Source: Nitrospira sp. (GTDB lineage: Bacteria > Nitrospirota > Nitrospiria > Nitrospirales > Nitrospiraceae). From it: a DNA stretch of 64,000 bases. Position numbers and translations under genes: made by a program. Numbering within the stretch: position 1 is the first letter of the stretch; the number at the start of each line of letters is the position of its first letter. The notes under the pieces are model-generated. The model was not told the DNA's origin, did not search any database, and was given only the letters and a program-made list of their open reading frames with translations. The stretch covers positions 47,789 through 111,788 of the forward strand of contig JACOEH010000010.1 in assembly GCA_024998685.1 (NCBI GenBank), written 5' to 3'. Below are positions 7,939-18,483 of this stretch, piece by piece.

Positions 7939-8721
7939 TTACTTCTTCTTTTCAGCTTCCTTCTTTTCAGTCTTGGGAGCGGCTGCGGCTTCTTTCTTTT
8001 CGCCGGCCTTCGCTTCACCCGCAGGCGCTGCAGCACCGGCTTTGGCAGGCTCGGCACCTGGTGCGCCTTCAGTCCCAGCCTCCTTGCCTTTTGCCACGAC
8101 TTCTGGTTCACCCGCTGCTCCTGCACCGCTGGTGAGCAAAGCTTCGAGTTTGGCATCCGACATCGGAGCCGCGACGCTGACCACCATTTGGTCGGCATCA
8201 TCTAAGAAACGGACGCCTTCACGCGCTCCGATTTCTTTCACATGAATGCCGCTGCCGATGGTCAAAGCCGACGCATCGACTTCTATATGATCAGGCAGAG
8301 CGGCTGGAAGACATTCGACGTGCACATCGCGCATGTTATGGTGCAGTACACCCCCCTCCTTGACACCGGCAGGGATCCCTCCTGTGACCTTGATGGGAAC
8401 TCTCACCCGAATCGGCTTGCTCATGGAAATCTCAAAGAGGTCCGCGTGCAGGACAGCACCGGTCACCGGATCGGTTTGATAGTCGCGTAAGAGGGCCGTG
8501 CGATCCTGCTTGGACTTTGCCCCGTTCACCGTGAGCGAAATCAGCGCGGTGCTGCCCGCATGAGACTTGAGGATCTTGACGAGTTCCTCCGGATTGACGG
8601 TCAGCAGAAGACATTCCCCTTGGCCGTAGAGCACGGCCGGAATTTTTCCAGCCCGCCGCATAGACCGCGCTGCTCCTTTCCCCGCTTGTTCTCTTACTGC
8701 CACTGTCAAATCGAATTTCAT
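7939..8721 (-). CDS. rplY: 50S ribosomal protein L25/Ctc with an Ala/Lys/Glu-rich tail
   Basis: GKGAARSMRRAGKIPAVLYG, HADLFEI, GVKEGGVL. Confidence 0.97.
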   Translation of the reverse strand: MKFDLTVAVREQAGKGAARSMRRAGKIPAVLYGQGECLLLTVNPEELVKILKSHAGSTALISLTVNGAKSKQDRTALLRDYQTDPVTGAVLHADLFEISMSKPIRVRVPIKVTGGIPAGVKEGGVLHHNMRDVHVECLPAALPDHIEVDASALTIGSGIHVKEIGAREGVRFLDDADQMVVSVAAPMSDAKLEALLTSGAGAAGEPEVVAKGKEAGTEGAPGAEPAKAGAAAPAGEAKAGEKKEAAAAPKTEKKEAEKKK

Positions 8722-8761
8722 GATCTTCCTCCGTCTCCTACGCAGCGTCCAGTCGATAAGC

Positions 8762-9703
8762 TTAGGCGAATAGTGAACTCACTGACTCGTCTTCATGGAT
8801 TCGTCTGATGGCCTCTCCCAATAGAGGCGCCACCGACAATTGATGCAACTTCGGACAGGCCAACTCTTTCCCCCGCAGCGGAATCGTGTTGGTCACCACT
8901 ACTTGTGAGAGGCGCGACGCCTGTAATCGTTCCAGGGCCGGCCCCGACAGCACAGCATGGGTGCAGGCCGTCATCACCTCTCGGGCACCATGATCGAGAC
9001 AGGCCTGGGCACCTTGAACGATGGTACCCGCCGTATCGATCATGTCGTCGAGGAGCAACACACTTTTTCCTTGTACGTCTCCGATGATGTTCATAATCTG
9101 CGCCTGATTCGGCCCCTCGCGCCGCTTGTCGATGATGGCCAGATTGGCCTGAAGACGTTTGGCGAATGCCCTGGCCCTTTCCACACCTCCCGCATCGGGC
9201 GAGACAACGACCAAGTCCGCAATCTGCTTCTTTACGATATAGTCCAGCAGAACAGGGAGCGCATATAAGTGATCCACCGGCACATTGAAAAACCCCTGAA
9301 TTTGTCCGGCGTGAAGATCCATCGACAACACACGATCGGCCCCGGCGGTGGTCATCAAATCCGCGACCAACTTTGCGGTGATGGGGACGCGCGGTTGATC
9401 CTTGCGATCCTGACGAGCATATCCGAAATAGGGAATGACGGCCGTAATACGGTTAGCCGACGAACGTTTCAACGCATCGATAATGATCAGCAACTCCATC
9501 AAGGAATCGTTGACCGGTTGACAACAGGACTGCACAACGAACACGTCGGCACCACGCACATTTTCATCGATCTTGACCCGAATTTCCCCATCGCTGAAAG
9601 ACGAGACCGTCGCCTCACCCAACTTCTGCCCAAGATAGGCGCAGATCTCACGGGCAAGCGCAAGGTTGGCGTTCCCAGAGAAAATTTTCAGTTCCCTGTT
9701 CAT
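8762..9703 (-). CDS. prs: Ribose-phosphate pyrophosphokinase
   Basis: [44 protein letters not shown]. Confidence 0.99.
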   Translation of the reverse strand: MNRELKIFSGNANLALAREICAYLGQKLGEATVSSFSDGEIRVKIDENVRGADVFVVQSCCQPVNDSLMELLIIIDALKRSSANRITAVIPYFGYARQDRKDQPRVPITAKLVADLMTTAGADRVLSMDLHAGQIQGFFNVPVDHLYALPVLLDYIVKKQIADLVVVSPDAGGVERARAFAKRLQANLAIIDKRREGPNQAQIMNIIGDVQGKSVLLLDDMIDTAGTIVQGAQACLDHGAREVMTACTHAVLSGPALERLQASRLSQVVVTNTIPLRGKELACPKLHQLSVAPLLGEAIRRIHEDESVSSLFA

Positions 9704-9841
9704 CGGATTTTTCTGATCCGTCGTTTTTCTATAACGTATTGGATTCTCTAGTGGTTCTTATACGGTAAGCAGTGTTGACCTCTGTTAGGCCAATACTCTC
9801 ATTCGCTGAACACACTACCGGCCAAGCTGTCAAGGGAGGAG

Positions 9842-9871
9842 ACTGTATCGGAAATTGCGAGCCTCTGTCAA
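9842..9871 (-). promoter_or_regulatory. Putative sigma70 promoter for prs-rplY-pth
   Basis: Minus strand: TTGACA, 18 bp, TACAGT. Confidence 0.55.
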
Positions 9872-9896
9872 GAAATGACCATGGAACGTATGTGCG

Positions 9897-10811
9897 TTAC
9901 TGCCGAAAGACAGAGGAAGTTGAAACGGTATGGACCTTGAGATGGGGTTCGGCCCGAAAACCGATCTCGGCCTGTCGAGCTGTCGTCTCGTCGCGAAACA
10001 CACCAAAAACCGTTGCGCCGCTCCCCGACAATAGAGCCGTCTCGGCCCCGTCGGCGAGAAGCCTCTGTTTGATTTTGTAAAGGACAGGATGAGCCTTGAA
10101 CACCGTGTCTTCAAAATCGTTTTCGGCCGCTTGGAACACCTCTTCCCATGAGAGCTCACCTGTTTTCCCGAGCCCCGCATGTACATCCGAAAGCGGCTGT
10201 ACCCCTGTGCGGCTTACAGAAAGCTGCTGGTACGCCCATTTCGTTTCGATCGGGAATCCCGGATTGACCAGGATGACCCATCGACTCCCTTTGATTTGCA
10301 CAGGTACCACCTTTTCACCACGTCCTTCCACGATCGCAGAAGGAGCGGAAAAGAAGAACGGGACATCGCTTCCGAGTGTTTGACCAAGGTAGGCCATCTT
10401 CTCCGTCGACCATCCCAAATTCAATAATCGGTTCAGCCCGATAATAGTGGCAGCGGCGTCACTGCTTCCCCCTCCCAACCCCGCTCCCATCGGAATTCGC
10501 TTTGCGAGCGCTATGTCCAATCCCACGGTTCGGCCAGCGTCTTCGAGTACCCCTGCTGCAGCGCGATACACCAGGTTGGAAGCGTCCGTCTTCAAGGAAG
10601 GCTCATCGCATCGCAACGTGATGGTTGAATGGTTGTCGCTAAGGGAAAGTTCGAGCGCGTCCTCCAACTGCACGGTCTGCATTAGAGACCAGAGGTTGTG
10701 ATAACCGTCAGGCCGACTGTCGAGAATACGAAGGACAAGGTTGATCTTGGCGGGTGCGAAGACGGTAATGGATGTCGATAAGGCGGCCGATCGGGAAGCA
10801 GAATTAGTCAC
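9897..10811 (-). CDS. ispE: 4-diphosphocytidyl-2-C-methyl-D-erythritol kinase
   Basis: APAKINL, KRIPMGAGLGGGSSDAA, LGSDVPFF, LSGSGATVFG; GGAGG SD before the GTG. Confidence 0.98.
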   Translation of the reverse strand: MTNSASRSAALSTSITVFAPAKINLVLRILDSRPDGYHNLWSLMQTVQLEDALELSLSDNHSTITLRCDEPSLKTDASNLVYRAAAGVLEDAGRTVGLDIALAKRIPMGAGLGGGSSDAAATIIGLNRLLNLGWSTEKMAYLGQTLGSDVPFFFSAPSAIVEGRGEKVVPVQIKGSRWVILVNPGFPIETKWAYQQLSVSRTGVQPLSDVHAGLGKTGELSWEEVFQAAENDFEDTVFKAHPVLYKIKQRLLADGAETALLSGSGATVFGVFRDETTARQAEIGFRAEPHLKVHTVSTSSVFRQ

Positions 10812-12189
10812 GACCTCCTTTTATAGCATACTTCTCCAAGCGATACCGAAACGATCTGGTATTCAAACGGAGCATTCGCGCGGCTTTCTTTTTGACCCAT
10901 TTCGATCGCTCAAGCGCCTTCAGCAAGAGATCTTTTTCGATGCCGTTGATGAGTCCTTCAAGGTCCAATCCCTCGTCGGTCAAGTCCAGCGGCAGCGCCG
11001 GTTGCTGCAATTGCGTCGCGGGACGATGAAGCCATCCGCGCACTTCGGCGTCGGTCACTGGCCCTTCCGTGGAGAATGCAACGACCCGTTCGATCAGATT
11101 CTCCAACTCACGGACGTTGCCGCGCCATTCATGTCCCAGCAGGACGGGCATCGCCTCCGGGCCGATCATGGGTTTTGGCTTACCGCTTTCCTTCGAAAAC
11201 CGCTCCAGAAAGTGATTGATCAGTAAAGGAATATCGCCGGTGCGCATGCGCAAGGGTGGAAGTCGTATGGGAATCACGTCCAAACGATAGTACAGGTCTT
11301 CTCGAAACGAGCCTTCTGCGACTGCTTTCTCAAGATCCCTATTGGTGGCGGCCACCACACGGACATCGACTTTGATGTCTTGATTGCCACCCACTCGGCG
11401 AAACTCTCGTTCTTGGATGACACGCAACAGCTTCACTTGAATCGTCGGGGTGGTATCGCCGATCTCGTCGAGAAAAATAGTCCCTCCGTTAGCAATCTCG
11501 AATAACCCCGCCTTATTCGAAATCGCTCCGGTGAACGATCCCTTCATGTGGCCGAACAACTCACTCTCCAATAACGTCTCCGGCACCGCACTGCAATTCA
11601 CGGCCACAAACGGGTGGACACTTCTGGCGCTGTTGTAATGAATCGCGCGCGCGACCAACTCTTTTCCTGTTCCACTTTCGCCGCAGATAAGGACATTGCT
11701 TTTCGAGTCAGCGACTTTCCGCACGACGTCGAACACTTTCTGCATCGCCTCGCTTTGGCCGACCAGCTGCGCGAATGACGACTGGCTGGCCATCTCCCGC
11801 TTGAGCAGCATGTTCTCGGTCGTGAGGCGCCGCTTTTCCAGCGCATTCCGGATGATCAACTGGACTTCATCGACCTGGAACGGCTTCGTCAGATAGTCGT
11901 ACGCGCCCTGTTTCATGGCCTCGACGGCGGAGTCCGCGGTGGCAAATGCCGTGATGATCAGCACGACCGTTTCCGGCGAGACTGACCTTACAGCCTTAAG
12001 GACCTCCATTCCATCGATCTTCGGCATCCGTAAATCGGTGATGACTAAATCAAAGATTTCCCTGTTCAGAAGCTCGATGGCTTCTTCACCGTCCATGACA
12101 CTCGTCACGGCATATCCGGCCCGTTTGAGCATGATACTCAATACGTCGCGCAAACTTTGTTCGTCATCAACGACTAGGACCTTTTCCAC
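10804..12189 (-). CDS. pilR: Sigma54-dependent response regulator, PilR-like
   Basis: Receiver domain, GESGTGKE, ESELFGHMKGSFTGA, C-terminal HTH; follows pilC-pilS. Confidence 0.88.
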   Translation of the reverse strand: MEKVLVVDDEQSLRDVLSIMLKRAGYAVTSVMDGEEAIELLNREIFDLVITDLRMPKIDGMEVLKAVRSVSPETVVLIITAFATADSAVEAMKQGAYDYLTKPFQVDEVQLIIRNALEKRRLTTENMLLKREMASQSSFAQLVGQSEAMQKVFDVVRKVADSKSNVLICGESGTGKELVARAIHYNSARSVHPFVAVNCSAVPETLLESELFGHMKGSFTGAISNKAGLFEIANGGTIFLDEIGDTTPTIQVKLLRVIQEREFRRVGGNQDIKVDVRVVAATNRDLEKAVAEGSFREDLYYRLDVIPIRLPPLRMRTGDIPLLINHFLERFSKESGKPKPMIGPEAMPVLLGHEWRGNVRELENLIERVVAFSTEGPVTDAEVRGWLHRPATQLQQPALPLDLTDEGLDLEGLINGIEKDLLLKALERSKWVKKKAARMLRLNTRSFRYRLEKYAIKGGRD

Positions 12190-13868
12190 GGTTCTCTACC
12201 TTCGTGCCAGAGTCGCACTCCTGAATCCGCCGTACGGGGCAAGCAGACACCAAATCGTGTCCCTCGCCCTTCCCGACTTTCCACTTTGATCCACCCTCCG
12301 TGAAGATCGACAATACGATGGACTGCGGCCAAACCCAATCCCGATCCTTGCTTTTTGGTGGTAAAGAATGGGAGAAAAATTTTGTCGAGATTTTTCTTCG
12401 GAATGCCTTCTCCCGTATCCTGGAATGAGACCTCTACCACCTCGGCCTTTCGCCCGGCGACATCCACCTTTCTACATCCGGTTGTAATCGTCAGTTGTCC
12501 CCCCTTGGGCATGGCATCAAAGGCATTCACCGCTAGATTCCAGAACACTTGCTTCATTTGATCTTGATCCACTTGCGCAGGCAAAGCCCCGGTGCACGGA
12601 GCAGTCGCGATGATGATGTTCGTTCTGCTTCGTGCTTCATGTTGTACCAGATCAAGGGTCTCAGCAAGGACTTTGTTTAAATCGTACTCCGCCAAATTCA
12701 GTGCAGGCGGCCTGGCATACTGGAGAAACTCGGTGATAATGGCATCCAGTCTGGTGGCTTCACGAACTGCGATCTCAATCAGGCGTTGACTGGTCTCATC
12801 GGCCTCAAGATCTTTTCGAAGCATTTGCATCGCTCCGGCCAATGCACCTAAAGGATTCCTGATTTCGTGCGCCATCCCCGCCGACATCTCCCCCAGACTA
12901 GCCAACCACTCTTTCCTGTGCATTTCTTCTTCCAGGTCACGGATCTGAGTAAGATCTTTGAACACTCCGACTAGTCCGCTTTTTTTACCTTGCTCCTGCA
13001 ACGGTGAGAGCGTCATGCCGAGAACCAACCGATTGCCGCCGGCCTGCTTGCACTCGACTTCGAACCGCATGTTGGCAGACACATCCTGCACGCGATCGGC
13101 ATCTTGCTGACTGGGATACCAGTTAAAGACTTCCCGCCAAGGACGCCCTTGTACTTGCTCAAAACTGTAGCCCGTGGCTTCCTGCGCCGCAGGATTGAAC
13201 GAAGTGATGTGGCCCTTTTCATCGGTGGTAAAGACTCCGCTGCTGATGCTGTGAACGATATTCTCATGAAAAGCCTGAAGGTGGCTCAACCCCTGTTCCT
13301 TTTCACGGATCGATTGATCTGCCAGCAAAAGCTGGTCCGCAAGGGCTCCGCTCAAAAAACCGACGACCAGGAACGCGAGACCATAGACACCGAACGCATG
13401 AAGCGTCTCAGCGGCGCTGAGGCCCGCACGAGGCAACCATCCCCATGCTTCGGCAAGACCGTAGAGCTGCACGTTGGTCACAATCCCAAACAGGATGATG
13501 CAGAGGCTGGCCGTCAATAGACCGACACGGCGGCGCGGGACCAAACTTGCAACCGTCACACTGATGACATAGAGCACGGCAAACGGGCTTCCAATTCCGC
13601 CCGTTCTTGCGATTAATATCGTCTCGAGCAAAAAATCGACGGCAATCTGCGCCCACGCAAATTGCACGAGAGCTTGAGGAGCGGCGAGCCTTCGGAACAG
13701 AAACGCGTAGAGAATCGTGACAGCATACGTGAAGATGATCAGGGCGTAGAACGTTTCAACGCGTTCTCCCTTTGTAACCTCGAACGCGAGGGACAACCCC
13801 AAGAGAAGCGTAACGAGGACGACTCGCCATCCCATCAACCAGTAAATTCTGGCTTTGATATTTCCCAC
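12174..13868 (-). CDS. pilS: PAS-containing sensor histidine kinase, PilS-like
   Basis: Multi-TM N-terminus, AHEIRNPL, FFTTK, GSGLGL. Confidence 0.88.
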   Translation of the reverse strand: MGNIKARIYWLMGWRVVLVTLLLGLSLAFEVTKGERVETFYALIIFTYAVTILYAFLFRRLAAPQALVQFAWAQIAVDFLLETILIARTGGIGSPFAVLYVISVTVASLVPRRRVGLLTASLCIILFGIVTNVQLYGLAEAWGWLPRAGLSAAETLHAFGVYGLAFLVVGFLSGALADQLLLADQSIREKEQGLSHLQAFHENIVHSISSGVFTTDEKGHITSFNPAAQEATGYSFEQVQGRPWREVFNWYPSQQDADRVQDVSANMRFEVECKQAGGNRLVLGMTLSPLQEQGKKSGLVGVFKDLTQIRDLEEEMHRKEWLASLGEMSAGMAHEIRNPLGALAGAMQMLRKDLEADETSQRLIEIAVREATRLDAIITEFLQYARPPALNLAEYDLNKVLAETLDLVQHEARSRTNIIIATAPCTGALPAQVDQDQMKQVFWNLAVNAFDAMPKGGQLTITTGCRKVDVAGRKAEVVEVSFQDTGEGIPKKNLDKIFLPFFTTKKQGSGLGLAAVHRIVDLHGGWIKVESREGRGTRFGVCLPRTADSGVRLWHEGREPWKRS

Positions 13869-14070
13869 GAAACGAAACCCCGCCTAAAAAATGGCCTTCA
13901 TCACCACGGCGTCCCACCCGACCCCGTGGAAGTGCAGACCGATTCCACTATGTATGGGAAATGCGCCGCTCGTTATCGTAGCGATGAAGGGGGACTCTTC
14001 GAGAAGTCGGCGGCTTCATATCCTTCATGTGAAGGGAGGAAGCCGTTTCCAAGGTCGAATCGTCGATTGC

Positions 14071-15285
14071 TTACCCGATCGCGGACGCCATCGTAAAGAT
14101 CGGCAGATACATCGCGACCACGATAAATCCGACGGTGACACCCAAGAACACCATCATCATCGGCTCCAAGAGGGCGGTGAGATTCGTCACGGCCTGGTCC
14201 ACCTCATCCTCATAGAAATCGGCGATTTTCCCAAGCATGCTATCCAGCGCGCCCGTTGATTCCCCGACCGATATCATGTGGGTCACCATCTTGGGGAATG
14301 TCCCGCTTTTGGCGAGCGGTTCGGCGATCGTCTTCCCTCCGCTGATACTGACTTTGGCATCAAGGAGCGCTCCCTCCACCACTTTGTTTCCGGAAGTCTT
14401 CGCGCAAATCGTCAAGGCTTCCAGCAGCGGAACACCGCTCGCCAGCAGAGTTCCCAGCGTCCGCGTAAATTTCGCGACTGACGCTTTTCGGATGAGGTCT
14501 CCAAACACCGGCAGTTTCAGCAAGAGCTTATCGATGGCCAACTTGCCTTGTGGAGTCGCATAATATTTTTTGACCGCCACCACGATCGCCACGATCACCC
14601 CCAGGATGATGTACCAATTTCCTTGGGCGAAATTACTCATGTCGATGACAAGCTGTGTCGGTCCTGGAAGCGCCATCTTCCCACCGGACATTTCTTTAAA
14701 CATTTTTTCGAATACAGGGATAACCCAAATCATCAGGACTGTAATCACGATACCGGCGATGCCGACGATGGCGGCAGGATAGACCAGTGCGCTTTTGATT
14801 TGGCCCTTCAACTTCATTGCCTTCTCGATATGCTTCGAGAGACGACCCAGAATGGTATCGAGCAATCCTCCGACTTCACCCGCATGGACCATATTCACGT
14901 ACAGGTCATCAAAGATTTTGGGATGTTTACGGAGGGCATCTGAAAACGTCGAACCTCCCTCGACCTGGACTTTGATCTCTCCCACGGATTTTCTCAGAGC
15001 CGCATTTTCCGATTGCGTCGATAAGATTTCCAAGCACTGAATCAAGGGCAAGCCAGCATTGATCATGGTCCCGAATTGTCTGGTAAAAACAACCAAGTCC
15101 TTTTCGCTCACTCCACTTCCGAGCTTAAAGCTGAATCCCTCTTTGCCCGACTTCTCCTCGAGACTCGTCACGACCACGCTTTGTTTGCGTAGTTGGTCCA
15201 CAGCTTCGTCGCGAGACTTCGCGACGAGTTCGCCTTTTTTCACCGCTCCAGATTTGGTCCGCCCCGCATATGCAAATGTGGCCAT
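14071..15285 (-). CDS. pilC: Type IV pilus platform protein PilC (T2SSF family)
   Basis: FTRQFGTMINAGLPL, AGEVGGLLD, GESTGALD, LLEP. Confidence 0.96.
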   Translation of the reverse strand: MATFAYAGRTKSGAVKKGELVAKSRDEAVDQLRKQSVVVTSLEEKSGKEGFSFKLGSGVSEKDLVVFTRQFGTMINAGLPLIQCLEILSTQSENAALRKSVGEIKVQVEGGSTFSDALRKHPKIFDDLYVNMVHAGEVGGLLDTILGRLSKHIEKAMKLKGQIKSALVYPAAIVGIAGIVITVLMIWVIPVFEKMFKEMSGGKMALPGPTQLVIDMSNFAQGNWYIILGVIVAIVVAVKKYYATPQGKLAIDKLLLKLPVFGDLIRKASVAKFTRTLGTLLASGVPLLEALTICAKTSGNKVVEGALLDAKVSISGGKTIAEPLAKSGTFPKMVTHMISVGESTGALDSMLGKIADFYEDEVDQAVTNLTALLEPMMMVFLGVTVGFIVVAMYLPIFTMASAIG

Positions 15286-15346
15286 AGAATCTCTTCCTGT
15301 TATGGATCACTAAGCCCTTGTACGGGAAGGCTACGATTACGAAACG

Positions 15347-15375
15347 AGTCTACTGGCGGGTGGCAAACCTGTCAA
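15347..15375 (-). promoter_or_regulatory. Sigma70 promoter for pilC-pilS-pilR-ispE
   Basis: Minus strand: TTGACA (15375-15370), 17 bp, TAGACT (15352-15347). Confidence 0.7.
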
Positions 15376-15431
15376 AAACAATTGAATTATTTACCTATCT
15401 GCAGAAGAGGTCGTATGCGCAACAGACGCGG

Positions 15432-15974
15432 CTAGGCGAGCGGAGGAATCGCATTCGTGTCTCGATACCCTCTATAAAGGTAATGTAATCCTGAGGCGAG
15501 GGTGAACCCAACCATCAAGACGACGAGTGGAGTAAGCATTGAGCGGTCGAGTCCTCGCCATGTCAAGAGAACAATCAAAAGGACGTAGCTCAGCTGAAGA
15601 AGGGTGGTTCCTTTTCCCAAGAAGGTCGGAGTTACATTAATTGGCGTCGTGGTGACATGAGCCACCACAGTCCCCAGTAGAAGAATAATGTCCCGGCTCA
15701 CGACCAAGATGACAAGCCAGGATGGCACCAGATGCAGCATCGCCAGCGAGATGAAGCTCGACGTCAGCAGCAGCTTGTCTGCGAGAGGATCAAGCAAGGT
15801 TCCCAAACGCGTCCGCTGATTCAGTTTACGTGCAAGATGCCCGTCTATGGCATCCGTGAGTCCTGCAACGAGTAGTGTCATGAGTGCGAACCCATAGGAG
15901 CCATAGGTCATGAACCCTATGTAGACGGGGACCAAGAGGATTCGAAGAATCGTGAGGCTATTGGGGATGTTCAT
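15432..15974 (-). CDS. pgsA: CDP-alcohol phosphatidyltransferase, PgsA-like
   Basis: NIPNSLTILR, TDAIDGHLARKLNQRTRLGTLLDPLADK. Confidence 0.85.
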   Translation of the reverse strand: MNIPNSLTILRILLVPVYIGFMTYGSYGFALMTLLVAGLTDAIDGHLARKLNQRTRLGTLLDPLADKLLLTSSFISLAMLHLVPSWLVILVVSRDIILLLGTVVAHVTTTPINVTPTFLGKGTTLLQLSYVLLIVLLTWRGLDRSMLTPLVVLMVGFTLASGLHYLYRGYRDTNAIPPLA

Positions 15975-16015
15975 GGGATGGAGCCGGACAGGTCACTGGC
16001 TCGACGAGGGGTGGA

Positions 16016-16079
16016 ATCATAAGTAATCGAAGCCACGCATGTCAACGAGTTGCAGGCTGCACGGAGGACCTTCTATAAT
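16016..16079. promoter_or_regulatory. Divergent sigma70 promoters between pgsA and the 16123 gene
   Basis: Minus: TTGACA, 18 bp, TATGAT (16045-16016). Plus: TTGCAG, 18 bp, TATAAT (16050-16079). Confidence 0.55.
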
Positions 16080-16122
16080 TAATTAGTTTAGGCTTGTCGT
16101 CAACTGTGATTTCGGAGGGAGC

Positions 16123-16440
16123 ATGAGCACGTTGCCACTGATGTTTAAGAAAGAAGGATTGGTCGAGAAACATCAGCTTGAAGGAGTCGACCCAAGCGAC
16201 AGATATTTCAACCGTACCATCTTGGTCAATCGGACCCCATCAGGATACGCGGCTAAGATTATGTATGAAGCCTTCGTTGTTGAGAGTCGGTCCTACTCTA
16301 CCATTGCAGCTGCGATTAGGGAATTAGTGGATAAGCTTCAAGAATTCGGGTTCACTCGCATGAGAACGCGGGCCAATTTCAAGGGGACACGCTATCTCGC
16401 CGAAAAAGAAACCTGGCTTGACTACCCAGACAGGTCTTAA
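16123..16440 (+). CDS. Conserved-looking hypothetical protein
   Basis: Strong SD ggaggga, own promoter, 105 aa. Confidence 0.8.
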   Translation: MSTLPLMFKKEGLVEKHQLEGVDPSDRYFNRTILVNRTPSGYAAKIMYEAFVVESRSYSTIAAAIRELVDKLQEFGFTRMRTRANFKGTRYLAEKETWLDYPDRS

Positions 16441-17573
16441 ATCGAGCCGATAAATTCCTGATACACCAAATCATGAATCGCAGGCCGGAATTCCTTGATC
16501 GCTTTATTTCTGCTCGAAGGATGCACGCGATTCGAGAGCAGCACCACTTCTAATTCTTGCACTGGATCAATCCAGACGGAAGTCCCCGTATAGCCGAGAT
16601 GCCCAAATGATCGGGCTGCGAAATAGCGTCCTGCAGAGGATGGAACCGAAGGTGTATCCCACCCGAGCGCCCAACTAGAAGATCCTTCGGAGTTCTGTCG
16701 TCGCGTAAATTCCTGGACCATTGCTTGATCGAGGATCGTCGCTCGACCATGATGTCCTCGTAACCACTCCCCCGAGATCGCCAACACTGCGTCGGCAGTG
16801 CCAAAGAGCCCGGCGTGTCCTGCTTCGCCGCCCAAAGCGGCAGCATTCTGATCGTGCACTTCTCCACGCAAAAGGTGCCCTCGCCATCGATCAACCTCCG
16901 TCGGCGCTACAGCACCGGTCTCGTCATCTACACAGTCAGAAGATGCATGGAGCCGTTCGGGAAGAATGAATCCAATTCGCGGTCCTCCCAGCGGACCCAC
17001 GATGTGATTAAGAAAGTAGTCGCTCATCGCTTGTTGGCTGCTTCGCTCAACGATAAGGCCGAGCAATATGAAACCGAGATCGCTGTAGAGGCTGCGCGTG
17101 CCCCGTTCATATACCGGAGCCTCAGATCGAATGAGACTGAGCATAGCTCGTTTGGCCTGTTCTCTCTCTTCAGCCGACGAAGGAATTGCTCCAATCGGAC
17201 TTAGCCGCTCATAGAATCCACGCCAGCCCGGCAATCCTGACGAGTGCGTCAAGAGATGACGAATCATCGCAGAGCCGATGGAGACACCGGCACATTCCGG
17301 GAGATGGTCGGCCACATGATCATCAAGTCGACAACTGCCTTTCTGCATCAACAGAACGAGAGCCGTGACGGTCGCCAACGGTTTGGTCAACGAAGCCAGA
17401 TCATAGATCGTAGAGGTACTGACGGGGGATCCTGGAGGAACAGTCGAAAGGTGACCGGCATAAAAGCGAGCAACCGGTCTGTCTCCGCACCGCACCGCCA
17501 ATACAGCTCCCGGGAACACCCCTTCGGTAACGGCTCGATCGAGTGCTGTTTGGATAATACCGAGATCAGGCAT
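16437..17573 (-). CDS. Serine hydrolase, beta-lactamase (class C-like) family
   Basis: SxxK (ASLTK), LLTHSSGL, YSD, GHAGLF, FGHLGYTG. Confidence 0.92.
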   Translation of the reverse strand: MPDLGIIQTALDRAVTEGVFPGAVLAVRCGDRPVARFYAGHLSTVPPGSPVSTSTIYDLASLTKPLATVTALVLLMQKGSCRLDDHVADHLPECAGVSIGSAMIRHLLTHSSGLPGWRGFYERLSPIGAIPSSAEEREQAKRAMLSLIRSEAPVYERGTRSLYSDLGFILLGLIVERSSQQAMSDYFLNHIVGPLGGPRIGFILPERLHASSDCVDDETGAVAPTEVDRWRGHLLRGEVHDQNAAALGGEAGHAGLFGTADAVLAISGEWLRGHHGRATILDQAMVQEFTRRQNSEGSSSWALGWDTPSVPSSAGRYFAARSFGHLGYTGTSVWIDPVQELEVVLLSNRVHPSSRNKAIKEFRPAIHDLVYQEFIGSI

Positions 17574-17651
17574 CAGGATGATGATCGACGGAGGACACTC
17601 AGGACAAACAATCAGGCACTATGCAACGGCGGCACCATTACCCGAAAACGG

Positions 17652-18164
17652 TCAACGGGTAGGGCTGGATTCTCCTTCCAGTTTTTCTTCATGCATGATG
17701 CCGGTATCTTGATAGACTTCACTGGCTTCCACGTCCAACATCCGCTCGAACGTATGAAGCGTCGCCCGCATCCGCTCAACTATGAGCAGCCGCTGCTTCT
17801 GCAGCACAGAGAGATCTCGCTGTGTATTTCCCAGTTCGATTCGAGCTTGTCGGAACAGTTCGCCGGCTTTCAACTCCGCTTCTTTGACGATCAACTCGGC
17901 ATCGCGTTGCGCGCTTCGCTTGACATCCTCGGCCAAAGATTGAGCCGAGACCAATGTGGCAGACAGGGTCGCCTCTGTCCGTTTCAATTCAGAAATTTGC
18001 TGCTCAAGCGATGCGATCCGGTCACGCAATATGGCATTGTCACGGTTCAGGAATTCGACGGTTTGTGCAATCTCCTCTAAAAAGCGGTTGACCTCTTCAC
18101 GGTCATAGCCACGAAGCTTGACTTGAAAGACCATCTGTTGAATGTCGAGCGGTGTGAGCTTCAT
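17652..18164 (-). CDS. divIVA: DivIVA domain protein
   Basis: MKLTPLDIQQMVFQVKLRGYDREEV plus coiled coil. Confidence 0.93.
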   Translation of the reverse strand: MKLTPLDIQQMVFQVKLRGYDREEVNRFLEEIAQTVEFLNRDNAILRDRIASLEQQISELKRTEATLSATLVSAQSLAEDVKRSAQRDAELIVKEAELKAGELFRQARIELGNTQRDLSVLQKQRLLIVERMRATLHTFERMLDVEASEVYQDTGIMHEEKLEGESSPTR

Positions 18165-18183
18165 GGCATCCCCCATTGGTTGA

Positions 18184-18483
18184 TCAATTCATCCGTACTG
18201 CAAAATCCTTAATAGATTGCACGACTGCAATTTGCAAAAACCAAATAGCTACGATGACGACCAACGGCGACAAATCCACGCCCATGCCCCAACCTAATCG
18301 CCGTCTAATCGGAGCCAAGACCGGCTCAGTGGCACGAGTGAGGAATTGAACAATCGGATTCCAGGGATCAGGATTCACCCAAGAAATCAGAGCCCGGGCG
18401 ATGATGATCCAGGTGTAGAACGTCAACGTATAGTCCAGTACCGTGGCGAACCCTAACAAGGTATTTCCTACCACAAACATCAA
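18184..18483 (-). CDS. yggT: YggT family membrane protein
   Basis: ISWVNPDPWNPIVQFLTRATEPVLAPIRR, DLSPL. Confidence 0.95.
   Translation of the reverse strand: MMFVVGNTLLGFATVLDYTLTFYTWIIIARALISWVNPDPWNPIVQFLTRATEPVLAPIRRRLGWGMGVDLSPLVVIVAIWFLQIAVVQSIKDFAVRMN

Noticed and set aside
9704-9896. tRNA-Gln expected between ispE and prs
   Set aside because: No T-arm GTTCGA motif or cloverleaf on either strand.
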